Assembly: GCA_963728205.1 (NCBI GenBank)
Contig: CAVSIV010000006.1
Location: forward strand, 672,001 to 736,000
Reading direction: 5' to 3'
DNA length: 64,000 bases
Source of the DNA: an uncultured Chloroflexia bacterium
GTDB taxonomy: Bacteria; Chloroflexota; Dehalococcoidia; UBA2979
Position 1 is the first letter of the stretch. Every line of letters starts with the position of its first letter. The notes under the pieces were generated by a model. The model was given only the letters and a program-made list of their open reading frames with translations, did not search any database and was not told the origin of the DNA. Both the position numbers and the translations under genes were made by a program. Shown here one piece after another: positions 18,098 through 28,450 of this stretch.

Positions 18098-19442
18098 ATG
18101 AGCACCATCCTCGAGACCTATGAGTCGATGCACGCAGGCTCGAAGCGGCTCGCCGCGCGCGCCCGCAACGTCTTCCCCTCCGGCGTCACGCACGACGCCC
18201 GCGCCTTCACCCCGTGGCCGATCTACGTCGACCGCGCGCGCGGGCCGCGCAAGTGGGACGTCGACGGCAACGAGTACGTCGACTACATCGGCGGCCACGG
18301 CGCGCTGCTGCTCGGCCACAACCGCCCGGAGGTGATGGACGCGATCCGCGCGGCGCTCGACCGCGGCACGCACTTCGGCTCCTCGCACGACACGGAGATC
18401 GAGTGGGGCGAGCAGGTGCTGAAGATGGTGCCGTGCGCCGAGCGCGTGCGCTTCACGTCGTCGGGCACCGAGGCCACGATGATGGCGCTGCGCCTCGCCC
18501 GCGCCTACACCGGCCGCGAGCGCGTCGTGAAGCTCGAGGACCACTTCCACGGCTGGCACGACCTCGTCGTCGGCCGGCTGCGCCTCGACGACCCGCACCC
18601 GCACTCCCCCGGCGTCCCCGAGGGCTTCTACGACGCGCTCACAATCGTCCCCGCCGGCGACACCGCCGCGATGGGCGAGGCCCTCGCGGCCCGCGACGTC
18701 GCCGCCGTGATCCTCGAGCCGACCGGCGCGCACTGGGGCACGCACCCAACCGACGCGGCCTACCTGCGCGAGCTCCGCAGGCTCACCGCCGAGACCGGGA
18801 CGCTGCTGATCATGGACGAGGTGATCACCGGCTTCCGCATGGCGCCGGGCGGCTGCTCGGAAGCGTGGGGCGTCGTGCCGGACCTCTCCACGCACGCCAA
18901 GATCCTCGCGGGCGGCATGCCCGGGGGGTGCGTCACCGGCCGCGCCGACGTGGTGTCGATGCTCGAGAATCCGCGAGGACACCGAGTGGAACCGCAAGGA
19001 GCGCATCAGCCACCAGGGCACGTACAACGCGAACCCCGTCGCGGCATCCGCCGGGCTCACCGCGCTCCGCATCATCGAGTCGCAGGGCGAATGCGCGAAG
19101 GCAGACGCGACGACGGCGACCCTGGTGCGCGGCCTCAACGCGTTGTTCCGCGAGCTGTCGGTGCCCGGGTCCGCGTGGGCGGTGTCGAGCATGTGGCACA
19201 CGAACCTCGGCTACGACGCGCCCGTGCCGGCCGACGTCGAGTGGGATGCCGCCGACCAGCCGCGCGGCGTCGACGACGGGCTGCTCCTGCACCTGCGCCG
19301 CGCCCTCTTCAACCACGGCGTGGACCTGATGAGCACCGGGGGCATGGTCTCGTCGTCCCATGGCGACGCCGAGATCGAGGCGACCGTCGCGGGCTTCCGC
19401 GCCGCGGTCGGCGACCTGCGCGCGGAGGGCCTGCTGGACTGA
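18098..19442 (+). pseudogene. Class III aminotransferase (GSA-aminomutase-like) with a +1 frameshift near 18968; real lesion or assembly error
   Basis: SGTEA, DEVITGFR and the PLP Lys (HAKILAGG) in the first frame; ISHQGTYNANP continues in another frame after 'ctcgagAatccgc'. Confidence 0.8.
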
Positions 19443-19467
19443 TCGGCGCGGGCCTCGCCCGCGGGAT

Positions 19468-19537
19468 GTCGGCGGCATATCTGCCGCCGCTGTGGCCGCC
19501 ACCCGCAACCCCGAAGCGGCGGCAGACATGCCGCCGA
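19468..19537. repeat. REP pair in the opposite (tail-to-tail) arrangement
   Basis: gtcggcggcatatctgccgccgc ... gcggcggcagacatgccgccgac. Confidence 0.85.
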
Positions 19538-19631
19538 CAGACCTCGCGCGACAGCGCGGGCCCCCGGCGCCCACCCGCGCCCCGGCGCCGCCCTCCACAA
19601 TTCGCCACGCAAACTGGGCATTTTCCCGGGT

Positions 19632-20372
19632 ATGCAGCCGGCCGGGGCTCTGACATACTCCCTCGCCGTGCGGCGGAGAATTCGCGGGACGCTCGCCCGG
19701 GCAGCCGGGTGGGCAGCGCTCGCGTCGCTATCGAGCCTCGCGCTCGCGCTCCTGGTGGGCGTGGGCGGCTTCCGGGCGCTCGATGCCGGCGCCCACGTCG
19801 CGGTCGTCCGCGTCACGCACTCCAGCCGCCCCGCCCTCGCGCTCATCGAGGCGATGCACCGCGTCGAGCACGCGCAGGCCGCCGAGGCCGCCGCGACCGA
19901 TCCCCTCGTCTCGATCGCCCCGGCCGCAGTGCACGCCCGGGCCGCGCAGGCGCGGTTCGCGGCGGAGCCCACGAGCGCGCCCACCACCGCCACCCTCGCC
20001 ATCCAGTCACGGCCCCAGGCGCTCAGCATCGCCACGCCCGACCTCGCACCCGGCGATCGCGTCGAGGTGCCCGTCACGTTCTATTACTGCCAGGACGGCT
20101 CCGGCGGTTACCCGCGCGGCGACGGCGGCGGCTTCTGCGGACTGATGCGCGACGGCACGCGCGTCTATCCCGGCGCGGCCGCCTGCGCCTACCGCTACCT
20201 CGGCCAGGTCTTCCGCATCGTCGGCGACCCCACGGGGCGCATCTACAGGTGCGCGGACACCGGCAGCGCCATCCATGGCCTGCACCGCGACATCTGGTTC
20301 AACAACAGCGACGACGGCTGGGTGTGGCAGCTCGCGGTCGGCCGCTCGGCCACCATCGAGATCCTGCCGTAG
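19632..20372 (+). CDS. Membrane-anchored protein with a C-terminal 3D/DPBB-like domain
   Basis: N-terminal hydrophobic segment; VTFY...DGTRVYPGAAAC...LG...CADTGSAIHG..RDIW resembles a 3D domain. Confidence 0.6.
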   Translation: MQPAGALTYSLAVRRRIRGTLARAAGWAALASLSSLALALLVGVGGFRALDAGAHVAVVRVTHSSRPALALIEAMHRVEHAQAAEAAATDPLVSIAPAAVHARAAQARFAAEPTSAPTTATLAIQSRPQALSIATPDLAPGDRVEVPVTFYYCQDGSGGYPRGDGGGFCGLMRDGTRVYPGAAACAYRYLGQVFRIVGDPTGRIYRCADTGSAIHGLHRDIWFNNSDDGWVWQLAVGRSATIEILP

Positions 20373-20644
20373 GCGTCGCGATCCGGGCGGGCGCCCGCTC
20401 CGATTTTCCTCGCGATTCAGCACAAATCGGCAGATAACGTGTCGTATCGACATGTCATCCGCCGTTTGCACAGCCCGCATTCCGCAGGATCGCGCATCGA
20501 CGCCTCTTCACGTTCATCATAGACTTGTGCCTTAGAGCACAAACTGATTACGTGAGTGCAGCGAGATTACAGCTGGCGCTGCCCCGTGGCAGCCCCGTTC
20601 GCACGGCGGGACAGCGATTTTGATCAGAGAGGTGAAGGACTTCG

Positions 20645-20977
20645 ATGACCCAGAACGGTGACCGGTTCGTCCAGCGTCGCGCCGTCGGCCAGCGCATTCG
20701 CGAGTGGCGGCTGAAGCGCGAACTGTCGCAGGCCGAGGTGGCGCGCCAGTCCGGCATCACGCAGGCCTCGCTGTCGAACTACGAGAACGGCAAGCGCGAC
20801 CTGCCCCTGTCGACGCTGCTCGGCGTGACGTCCGCGCTCAACGTGTCGCTCGGCGACCTGCTCGACATGCCCGAGGTGATCGTCATCCGCGACTCGACGC
20901 TCGGCCACGCGGTTGAGCAGCTGGTCCGCCGGCCGGACCTGGCCGCGCCGATGGTCGGAGCCGACGCCGCGCTCTAG
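20645..20977 (+). CDS. XRE-family HTH regulator
   Basis: IREWR..RELSQAEVA..SGITQASLSNYENGKR. Confidence 0.92.
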   Translation: MTQNGDRFVQRRAVGQRIREWRLKRELSQAEVARQSGITQASLSNYENGKRDLPLSTLLGVTSALNVSLGDLLDMPEVIVIRDSTLGHAVEQLVRRPDLAAPMVGADAAL

Positions 20978-21002
20978 CGCGTGTCGTCCGGAAGACTTCT
21001 GC

Positions 21003-21031
21003 GAGGCCCCGCGACGCGGGGCCTCTTCTTT
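21003..21031 (+). terminator. Intrinsic terminator
   Basis: GAGGCCCCGC-gac-GCGGGGCCTC-TTCTTT. Confidence 0.8.
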
Positions 21032-21188
21032 GGCGCTTATACTGGCCGTCGACACACCAATCGGGCCGTCCCCGCGATGACGCACCATGACGCTGTGCCG
21101 GGCCGGTCGGCGTCGCTCCCCTCTCATCGACGCGGCCACGATGCGCTACCGTGCTGGCAATGCGACCCCCTGCGTAAGGAGCCGAGCC

Positions 21189-22610
21189 ATGGTTAACCAG
21201 CGTGCACTGCCCGCCGAGCGTCCGATGACGGTCGGCCAGCTGCGGGCATCCGGCTACCAGGTGCGGCCCGTGCGCGAGGAGATGCGGAACAACCTCATCG
21301 CCCGCCTGCGCTCCGGGGAGTCGCTCTTCCCGGGCATCGTCGGCTACGAGGAGACCGTCATCCCGCAGCTGGAGAACGCGATCCTCTCGGGGCAGGACAT
21401 CATCCTGCTCGGCGAGCGCGGGCAGGCGAAGTCGCGCATCATTCGCAGCCTCACGAGCCTGCTCGACGAGTGGACGCCCGTCCTCGCCGGCTGCGAGATC
21501 CCGGAGAACCCGTTCGCGCCGATCAGCCGCCAGGGTCGCGAGCTGGTGGAGGAGCACGGCGAGGACGCGATGCTCGAGTGGGTCCACCGCGACGACCGCT
21601 ACGGCGAGAAGCTCGCGACGCCCGACATCACCATCGCCGACCTGATCGGCGAGGTGGACCCGATCAAGGTCGCCGAGGGCCGCTACCTCTCCGATGAGCT
21701 CACCATCCACTACGGCCTGATCCCGCACACCAACCGCGGCATCTTCGCCATCAACGAGCTGCCCGACCTCGCCGAGCGCATCCAGGTCGGCCTCCTCAAC
21801 GTGATGGAGGAGCGCGACGTCCAGATCCGCGGCCACAAGGTGCGCCTGCCGCTCGACGTGCTGATCGTCGCGACGGCGAACCCCGAGGACTACACGAACC
21901 GCGGCCGCATCATCACCCCGCTCAAGGACCGCTACGGCTCGCAGATCCGCACCCACTACCCGCGGACCATCGAGCACGAGATGCGGATCATGGAGCAGGA
22001 GGGCACGGTCTTCGAGAGCGACGACTTCGACGTCGCGGTGCCCGAGTACATGAAGGAGATCGTCGCGGAGATCACGCGGCTGGCCCGCCGCTCGCCCGAC
22101 GTCAACCAGCGCTCCGGCGTCTCGGTGCGCGCCTCGGTCGCAAACTACGAGGCGATGCTCGCGAACGCCCTGCGCCGCGCCATCCGGCTCGGCGAGACCG
22201 ACGTCGTGCCGCGCGTGTCGGACCTCCCGTTCGTCATGCCGGCGCTGCAGGGCAAGGTCGAGCTCGAGACCGTCGAAGAGGGCAAGGACGAGCAGATCAT
22301 CGAACGCCTGATCCACGGCGCGGTGGTCGCGGTGTTCAACCGCACGACCGCCGATGCGACGCTCGAGCCGGTGATCGAGGCCTTCAAGAGCGGCATCTCG
22401 GTGGAGACCGGCGAAGCGATGGCCTCGGGGCAGTACCAGCGGCTGCTCGGCCAGATCGACGGCCTCAAGCCGATCGTCGACTCCGTGACGCACGGCGACG
22501 CGCGCTCGGCGGTGCAGGCGTCGGCCATCGAGTTCGTGCTCGAAGGCCTGCACCTGAACAAGCGACTGAACAAGGACACGCTCCCGGGCCAGGCCCGCTA
22601 CCGCGGGTAG
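21189..22610 (+). CDS. Mg-chelatase ChlI-like AAA+ ATPase (Rv0958-type)
   Basis: GERGQAKS, DLIGEVDPIK, INELPDL, ANPEDYTNRGRI. Confidence 0.9.
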   Translation: MVNQRALPAERPMTVGQLRASGYQVRPVREEMRNNLIARLRSGESLFPGIVGYEETVIPQLENAILSGQDIILLGERGQAKSRIIRSLTSLLDEWTPVLAGCEIPENPFAPISRQGRELVEEHGEDAMLEWVHRDDRYGEKLATPDITIADLIGEVDPIKVAEGRYLSDELTIHYGLIPHTNRGIFAINELPDLAERIQVGLLNVMEERDVQIRGHKVRLPLDVLIVATANPEDYTNRGRIITPLKDRYGSQIRTHYPRTIEHEMRIMEQEGTVFESDDFDVAVPEYMKEIVAEITRLARRSPDVNQRSGVSVRASVANYEAMLANALRRAIRLGETDVVPRVSDLPFVMPALQGKVELETVEEGKDEQIIERLIHGAVVAVFNRTTADATLEPVIEAFKSGISVETGEAMASGQYQRLLGQIDGLKPIVDSVTHGDARSAVQASAIEFVLEGLHLNKRLNKDTLPGQARYRG

Positions 22611-22641
22611 GCCCGACCGGCACGTCCCGGACGGGGGAATC

Positions 22642-24990
22642 ATGGCCATCCGCTACCGCTACAGCGAGTGGGACGGCACGCAGGACATCCCGGGGCTCGA
22701 CGCGGAAGAGGTGCTCGAGGCCCTCTCCGACGACCTGATGAACTTCGGCGACCTCCAGCACGCGCTGCGCAACCTGATGCAGCGCGGGATGCGCACGCCG
22801 CAGGGCGGACGCATGCAGGGCCTGCGCGACCTGCTCCAGCAGCTGCGCCAGCAGCGCCGGCAGCGGCTCGACCAGTTCGACCTCGGCGGTGTGATGGAGA
22901 ACCTCCGCCAGCAGCTCGACGAGATCCTCGGCCTCGAGCGCGACGCCATCCAGGAACGGCTCGACCAGGCCGGTCCGCAGGGCGAGCCCCGCGCCGAAGG
23001 CCCGGAGGGCGGTGAGGGCGAGCGGGGCGACGGCCAGGACGGCGAGAGCGGCGACCAGTCCGGCCAGGATGGCCAACAGGGCCAGGACGGCCAGCAGGGT
23101 CCCCCCCGCGCCGGAGGTGCGCCGAACCAGCACGGCCAACAGGGCCACCGCGGCCAGCAGGCGCAGCGCGGCCAGCACGGACAGGGCCAGCGCGGCCAGC
23201 GACAGCGCGGCACGCCGCAGGCCGGCCAACAGGGCCAGTCGAGCGAGTCCGGCGACGAGGGCGCGGAGCGCGCCGACGGCCAGCCCGGCGGCCAGCAGTC
23301 CGGCGGCGCCGGCGACGAGCAGCAGCAGTTCCAGGACATGCTGCGCCGCATCGCCGAGCGCAAGCAGGAGGCCCTCGACCAGCTCCCCGAGGACCCCGCC
23401 GGCCAGGTCCGCGCACTGCAGGAGTACGAGTTCCTCGACCCCGACGCCCGCGACAAGTTCCAGCAGCTGCTCCAGCAGCTGAAGGAGTCGATGGCCCAGT
23501 CGTTCTTCAACGACGTCCAGAAGATGGTCGAGCAGATGTCCGAGGGCGACATGCAGCGCATGAAGGACATGGTCCGCGCGCTGAACGACATGCTCGCCCA
23601 GAAGATGCGCGGCGCGGAGCCCGACTTCGACTCCTTCATGGAGCAGTTCGGCGACATGTTCGGCGACAACCCGCCGCAGTCCCTCGACGAGCTCCTCCAG
23701 CAGATGCAGGCGCAGATGTCGGCGATGCAGTCGCTCATGGAGTCGCTGCCCTCCGACCAGCGCCAGCAACTGCAGGGCTTGCTCTCCGACAAGCTCGGCG
23801 ACCCCGAGCTGGAGTCCGAGCTCTCCGAGCTCGCGCAGAACCTCGACTTCCTCAACCCCTCGCGCGACCGCCCCTCGTCGTATCCGTTCCGCGGCGACGA
23901 GGAGATCGACCTCCAGCAGGCGATGAGCCTGATGCAGGAGATGCAGCAGCTCGATCAGCTCGAGCGCGACGTCGAACGCGCCCAGTACACGGGCGAGCTC
24001 GACCAGGTCGACGTCGACCAGCTCCGCGAGCTGCTCGGCGACGACGCGGTGAACACGTTCGAGGAGCTGAAGGACCTGCTCGAGACGCTCGAGCAGGCCG
24101 GCTACATCCGCAAGCAGGGCGACGAGTGGGAGCTGACCCCGCGCGGCACGCGCATGATCGGCCAGAAGGCGCTCGCCGAGATCTACCGCCAGCTGAAGAG
24201 CCAGGGCATCGGGAACCACAACGTCCCGGAGTCCGGCCGGCACGGCGAGCGCATCGACGAGTCGAAGCCGTACGAGTTCGGCGACCCGTTCCACCTGCAC
24301 ATGCAGAAGACGATCATGAACGCGCTCGAGCGCGAGGGCCCCGCGCGCCTCCCGATCCCGCTCACGCCCGACGACTTCGAGATCTACCGCTCGGAGCTCG
24401 TCACCCAGACGACGACCGTGCTGATGGTCGACCTCTCGTGGTCGATGGCGCTGCGCGGCTCGTTCCAGGCGGCGAAGAAGGTCGCGCTCGCGCTGCAGAA
24501 CCTGATCAAGGCGCAATACCCGCGCGACAGCCTCTACATCATCGGGTTCTCGGCCTACGCCCGGGAGCTGAAGGCGCACGAGCTGCCGTACGTGCGATGG
24601 GACGAGTCCGTCCTCGGCACGAACATGCACCACGCGCTGCTGCTCGCCGAGAAGCTGCTCTCGCGGCATCGCGGCGGCACGCGCCAGATCCTGATGATCT
24701 CGGACGGCGAGCCGACGGCGCACCTCGAGCGGGGCCGCTCGCAGTTCGCCTACCCGCCGAGCCCGATCACGATCCGCGAGACGCTGAAGGCCGTGAAGCG
24801 GGTCACCCAGCAGGAGATCACGATCAACACCTTCATGCTGGATCGGAACTACTACCTCAAGGAGTTCGTGAACCAGCTGGCGAAGATCAACGGCGGCCGC
24901 GTCTTCTACACCACGCCGGACAAGCTCGGCGAGTACATCCTCGTCGACTACGTCCAGCACAAGCGGAAGCGCCTCTCAGCGCGCACGTAG
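22642..24990 (+). CDS. VWA-domain partner protein (Rv0959-type) with Gln/Gly-rich insert
   Basis: YRYSEWDGTQ N-terminus; DLSWSM MIDAS, GTN, SDGEPT. Confidence 0.88.
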   Translation: MAIRYRYSEWDGTQDIPGLDAEEVLEALSDDLMNFGDLQHALRNLMQRGMRTPQGGRMQGLRDLLQQLRQQRRQRLDQFDLGGVMENLRQQLDEILGLERDAIQERLDQAGPQGEPRAEGPEGGEGERGDGQDGESGDQSGQDGQQGQDGQQGPPRAGGAPNQHGQQGHRGQQAQRGQHGQGQRGQRQRGTPQAGQQGQSSESGDEGAERADGQPGGQQSGGAGDEQQQFQDMLRRIAERKQEALDQLPEDPAGQVRALQEYEFLDPDARDKFQQLLQQLKESMAQSFFNDVQKMVEQMSEGDMQRMKDMVRALNDMLAQKMRGAEPDFDSFMEQFGDMFGDNPPQSLDELLQQMQAQMSAMQSLMESLPSDQRQQLQGLLSDKLGDPELESELSELAQNLDFLNPSRDRPSSYPFRGDEEIDLQQAMSLMQEMQQLDQLERDVERAQYTGELDQVDVDQLRELLGDDAVNTFEELKDLLETLEQAGYIRKQGDEWELTPRGTRMIGQKALAEIYRQLKSQGIGNHNVPESGRHGERIDESKPYEFGDPFHLHMQKTIMNALEREGPARLPIPLTPDDFEIYRSELVTQTTTVLMVDLSWSMALRGSFQAAKKVALALQNLIKAQYPRDSLYIIGFSAYARELKAHELPYVRWDESVLGTNMHHALLLAEKLLSRHRGGTRQILMISDGEPTAHLERGRSQFAYPPSPITIRETLKAVKRVTQQEITINTFMLDRNYYLKEFVNQLAKINGGRVFYTTPDKLGEYILVDYVQHKRKRLSART

Positions 24991-24996
24991 GTGAGT

Positions 24997-25054
24997 GGAG
25001 TGCGGAGGGAAGTCCGGCGGGCCTCCGGCCCGGCCGGACTTCCCTCCGCACTCC
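24997..25054. terminator. Perfect 22-bp inverted repeat after the VWA gene
   Basis: GGAGTGCGGAGGGAAGTCCGGC / GCCGGACTTCCCTCCGCACTCC. Confidence 0.6.
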
Positions 25055-25102
25055 GGCCAGACGCCACTACCGCGCCCGGCCGCCACCGGCCATGCTTGAC
25101 GC

Positions 25103-26095
25103 ATGCGTCGACTGACGGTCTTGCTGGTGCTGCTGCTCGCCATCGTCGTGACCGGCACGACGTGGTTCGCCGTCTTCGAGCACTTCGACCTCGTCGACGC
25201 CTTCTACCAGGTCATCCTCACGCTCTCGACGGTCGGCTTCGAGGAGGTGCACCCGCTCGACCCGAGCGGACGCATCTTCACGATCTTCCTCATCCTCGGC
25301 GGCATCGGCGTCATGGCGACCGCCGCCACCCAGGTGGTCGAGCTCGTCGTCGTCGGCGAGCTGCAGGAGCGACTCGGGCTTGTGCGCTCGGGTCGAAAGG
25401 TGCGACGAATGGCGGACCACTACATCGTGTGCGGGTTCGGACGCGTCGGCGAGGAGATCGCGCGCGAGCTGCGCAATCGCCACGCCGAGGTCGTCGTCGT
25501 CGAGATGCAGCCCGACCGGCTGGCGCTGGCGCGCGAGCTCGGCTGCGGCACCGTGCAGGGCGACGCCACGGAGGAACCGCAGCTCGTCGAGGCCGGCGTG
25601 CAGCGCGCCCGGGTGCTGATCGCCGCCGCCGACTCCGACGTCGGCAACACCTACATCGCGCTCACCGCGCGCTCGCTCAACCCGCGCATCTTCATCGTCG
25701 CGCGCGCCGGCTCCGACGCCGCCGAGGCGCGCCTGCGCACCGCCGGCGCCGACCGCGTGATCTCGCCGTACCGCATCAGTGGGCGGCGCATGGCGCTCGC
25801 CGCCGTCCAGCCGATGATCCTCGACTTCGTCGACTTCCTCGCGACGCAGCGCGACGGCAACGCTGGCGTGCTCGCCGAGATCGTGGTGGACGAAACCCTC
25901 GCCGGTCGCACCATCGCCGACGCCTTCGCCGACGACGCGATCCGCGTGCTGGGCCTCGCGCGCTCGGGCGACCCGATCGTCGTCGGCCCGGGCGGCTCGG
26001 TGCGGCTGCAGTCCGGCGACCAGCTCATGATCTACGGCACGCAGGCGGCCATCGAGGCGCTGTCGGCGCGCAGCGCGGCGAACGGCCCGGCCTGA
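25103..26095 (+). CDS. 2-TM potassium channel protein with RCK (TrkA-N/C) domains
   Basis: Pore TLSTVGFEE; HYIVCGFGRVG; GDAT. Confidence 0.9.
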   Translation: MRRLTVLLVLLLAIVVTGTTWFAVFEHFDLVDAFYQVILTLSTVGFEEVHPLDPSGRIFTIFLILGGIGVMATAATQVVELVVVGELQERLGLVRSGRKVRRMADHYIVCGFGRVGEEIARELRNRHAEVVVVEMQPDRLALARELGCGTVQGDATEEPQLVEAGVQRARVLIAAADSDVGNTYIALTARSLNPRIFIVARAGSDAAEARLRTAGADRVISPYRISGRRMALAAVQPMILDFVDFLATQRDGNAGVLAEIVVDETLAGRTIADAFADDAIRVLGLARSGDPIVVGPGGSVRLQSGDQLMIYGTQAAIEALSARSAANGPA

Positions 26096-26215
26096 GCCGG
26101 CTGAGGAGCCACGCGGTCCCCGTGCTGACGAGCCGCTCACTCCGAGCCGCCGACGAGCCGCTCACTCCGAGGCGCTTCTCAGCCCGCTGATGCGGGGCCG
26201 TTCGCCGAGAGACGA

Positions 26216-27310
26216 CTAAATCCACACTCCGGGCTCGGCCTGCCAGAAGAACTGCACGAGCATGCCGCCGGTGTCACGCGGGTGGATGAACGCCTCGCGC
26301 CACGGCACGTCGTTCGTCTCGCCCGCACGCTCGCCGAACACGTGCACGCCGTGGTGCGTGCATGCCGCGAGCGCCCGCTCCCAGTCGCCCACCTCGAACG
26401 TCACGTGGTGCATCGACGGGCCACGCTCCTCCAGGAAGCGCTGGATGAACGAATCCGGGCCGGCCGGTGCGATGACCTCGAAGCGCAGCTGTCGCGTCGT
26501 CGTCTCCAGCACGACCGTGCGAAAGCCCGAGCCGGCGTCCCCGTCGTCGGGCGTGCGGAAGACCTCGTGCATGCCGAAGACGCGCGTGTACCAGTCGGCG
26601 AGCTCGTCGCGGTCGGCGTGCGCATGGGCGAGATGGTTCACGGCGATGATGCCGAGCGTGTGCTCCGACTCGTCCTCGAACGGCTCCCCCGTGTGCCACG
26701 GCTCGCCGGCATAGAGCTGGTAGAGAAAGCCCTGGCCGCCCTGCCGTGGATGGACGTAGGTCACCCCGTGCGGGTCGGACGCGCGGTCGCCGCCCTCGCT
26801 CGCAGTGCCCCCGCCGGCCGGCTCGGCGGCGATGGCGCTCGCCCACGGCGCGCTCGCCTCGGGCGCACGCGGGGTCATGCCCGCCGGCATCGGCGCGTCG
26901 CCCACCTCCACCTCGCCGGGAGCGGCGCCCGCACCGTCATCGCCCCCACCGTCCGCTCCGTCTCCATCGGCGTCGTCGCCGTCGCGCCGCGATCCCCACG
27001 GCGTGATGCCCACCACGCGCAGCCCCGCCTCCGCCGCGCCGATGTCCGGCACGCGCAGCGCGACGTGGTGCAGCCCGGGCCCGTGCGCCCCGCGCAGGAA
27101 GCGGTGGAGGTAGGAGTCGGGCCCGTTCGGCGCGAGCACCTCCCAGCCGAGCCCCGAGTGGCCGGGAATGTCGAGGTTCGCGCCGAAGAAGCCTGGCTCC
27201 TCGAAGCGGCCCGCGTACCGGAAGCCGAACAACGACTGCAGCAATTCGATCTGCGGGTCGAGCTCCGCGACGGCCATGCTGATGTGGTCGAACCGGGAGA
27301 TCTCGATCAC
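26216..27310 (-). CDS. Tandem VOC protein (methylmalonyl-CoA epimerase-like)
   Basis: DHISMAV...GPGLHHVA and NHLAHA...GPSMHHVT..AFIHPRDTGG. Confidence 0.82.
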   Translation of the reverse strand: MIEISRFDHISMAVAELDPQIELLQSLFGFRYAGRFEEPGFFGANLDIPGHSGLGWEVLAPNGPDSYLHRFLRGAHGPGLHHVALRVPDIGAAEAGLRVVGITPWGSRRDGDDADGDGADGGGDDGAGAAPGEVEVGDAPMPAGMTPRAPEASAPWASAIAAEPAGGGTASEGGDRASDPHGVTYVHPRQGGQGFLYQLYAGEPWHTGEPFEDESEHTLGIIAVNHLAHAHADRDELADWYTRVFGMHEVFRTPDDGDAGSGFRTVVLETTTRQLRFEVIAPAGPDSFIQRFLEERGPSMHHVTFEVGDWERALAACTHHGVHVFGERAGETNDVPWREAFIHPRDTGGMLVQFFWQAEPGVWI

Positions 27311-27429
27311 GGGGCCTCCTCACCGGGCAGGAGTCGCCATTCTAGCGAAGCGCCCCGTAGGCGCCCCCCGCAGCAGCACCTGCGCGAGACGCGCTGTGTC
27401 TCACGCGGACCCGACGCTAGCATCGCCCG

Positions 27430-28431
27430 GTGACCGAAGCCGCCCGCCCGACCGCGCGCCTCGCCGTCATCGTGCGCAACCCACGCGCTCGCGGCGCCGT
27501 CGACGCCGCGCCGCTCCGCGACGCCGCGGCCGGCCTGCGCGCCGCCGGCTGGCGGGTCGAGCTCGTCGACACCAACGCCCGCGCCCACGCCACCGCGCTC
27601 GCGCGCGACGCCGCCGCCGCCGGCGCAGAGGTCGTCGTCGCCTGCGGCGGCGACGGCACGATCGGTGAGGCCGCGCATGCGCTCGTCGGCACCGACACCG
27701 CGCTCGCCACGATCCCCGCCGGCACCGCCAACGTCTGGGCGCGCGAGGCCCGCATCCCGCGCGGCGACCCGGCGCGCGCGCTCGCGCTCCTCGAAGGCGG
27801 ACGACGAGCGCTGATCGACATCGGCGAGGCGACGCTCGCCGACGCTCCGCCGCGCCGCTTCTTCCTCGTCTGCAGCACCGGCGTCGACGCGGCGGTGGTC
27901 GAGAGCGTGGAGGCGCATCCCCGGCTCAAGCGACTGCTCGGCCGGGCATCGTTCGTCGCGATCGGCGCGGCGAAGGTCGCGACGCTGCGTCCGTCGGATG
28001 CGGAGATCGCGCTCGACGGCGGCCCCCCGCGCCGCGCCGCGCTCCTCATGGCCGTGCTCAGCAACACGCGGCTCTACGGCGGCACCGTGCCGCTCACCCA
28101 CGCGGCGCGCGCCAACGACGGCCGGCTCGACGTCGTGACCTTCGAGGACCGCGGCCCGCGTCTTCTCCGCCCCGCGCGCTACGTCGCGCTCGCCACGCGC
28201 GTGCTGCTGCGGCGCATCGGCAATCCCTCGGCCGCGCCGCCGCGCGGCGGCATCGCGTACCGCCAGGCCGAGCGCATCGAAATCCGCCCGTCGCGGCGCC
28301 TCGCCGTCGAGACGGACGGCGAGGCGATCGGCCACTGCACCCCCGACGCCCCGCTCTCGGTACGCGTCCTCCCCCGCGCGCTGACGATGGTGGTGGGCCC
28401 CGGCCCGAACCGCGTGCTCGGCGATACGTAG
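27430..28431 (+). CDS. Diacylglycerol/lipid kinase family (YegS/DagK)
   Basis: NP, GGDGT, PAGTAN, DGE. Confidence 0.9.
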   Translation: MTEAARPTARLAVIVRNPRARGAVDAAPLRDAAAGLRAAGWRVELVDTNARAHATALARDAAAAGAEVVVACGGDGTIGEAAHALVGTDTALATIPAGTANVWAREARIPRGDPARALALLEGGRRALIDIGEATLADAPPRRFFLVCSTGVDAAVVESVEAHPRLKRLLGRASFVAIGAAKVATLRPSDAEIALDGGPPRRAALLMAVLSNTRLYGGTVPLTHAARANDGRLDVVTFEDRGPRLLRPARYVALATRVLLRRIGNPSAAPPRGGIAYRQAERIEIRPSRRLAVETDGEAIGHCTPDAPLSVRVLPRALTMVVGPGPNRVLGDT

Positions 28432-28450
28432 CGGCTCGCGATCGTCCCCA

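Noticed and set aside
18098-20437. 779-aa ORF as one protein
   Set aside because: Frameshift artefact; the tail is off-frame across a REP and the next gene
21189-24990. Chlorophyll or cobalamin chelatase
   Set aside because: Matches the widespread AAA+/VWA pair; no chlH/cobN or pigment genes here
26127-26170. 20-bp direct repeat gacgagccgctcactccgag x2
   Set aside because: Only two copies between convergent genes; no supportable function
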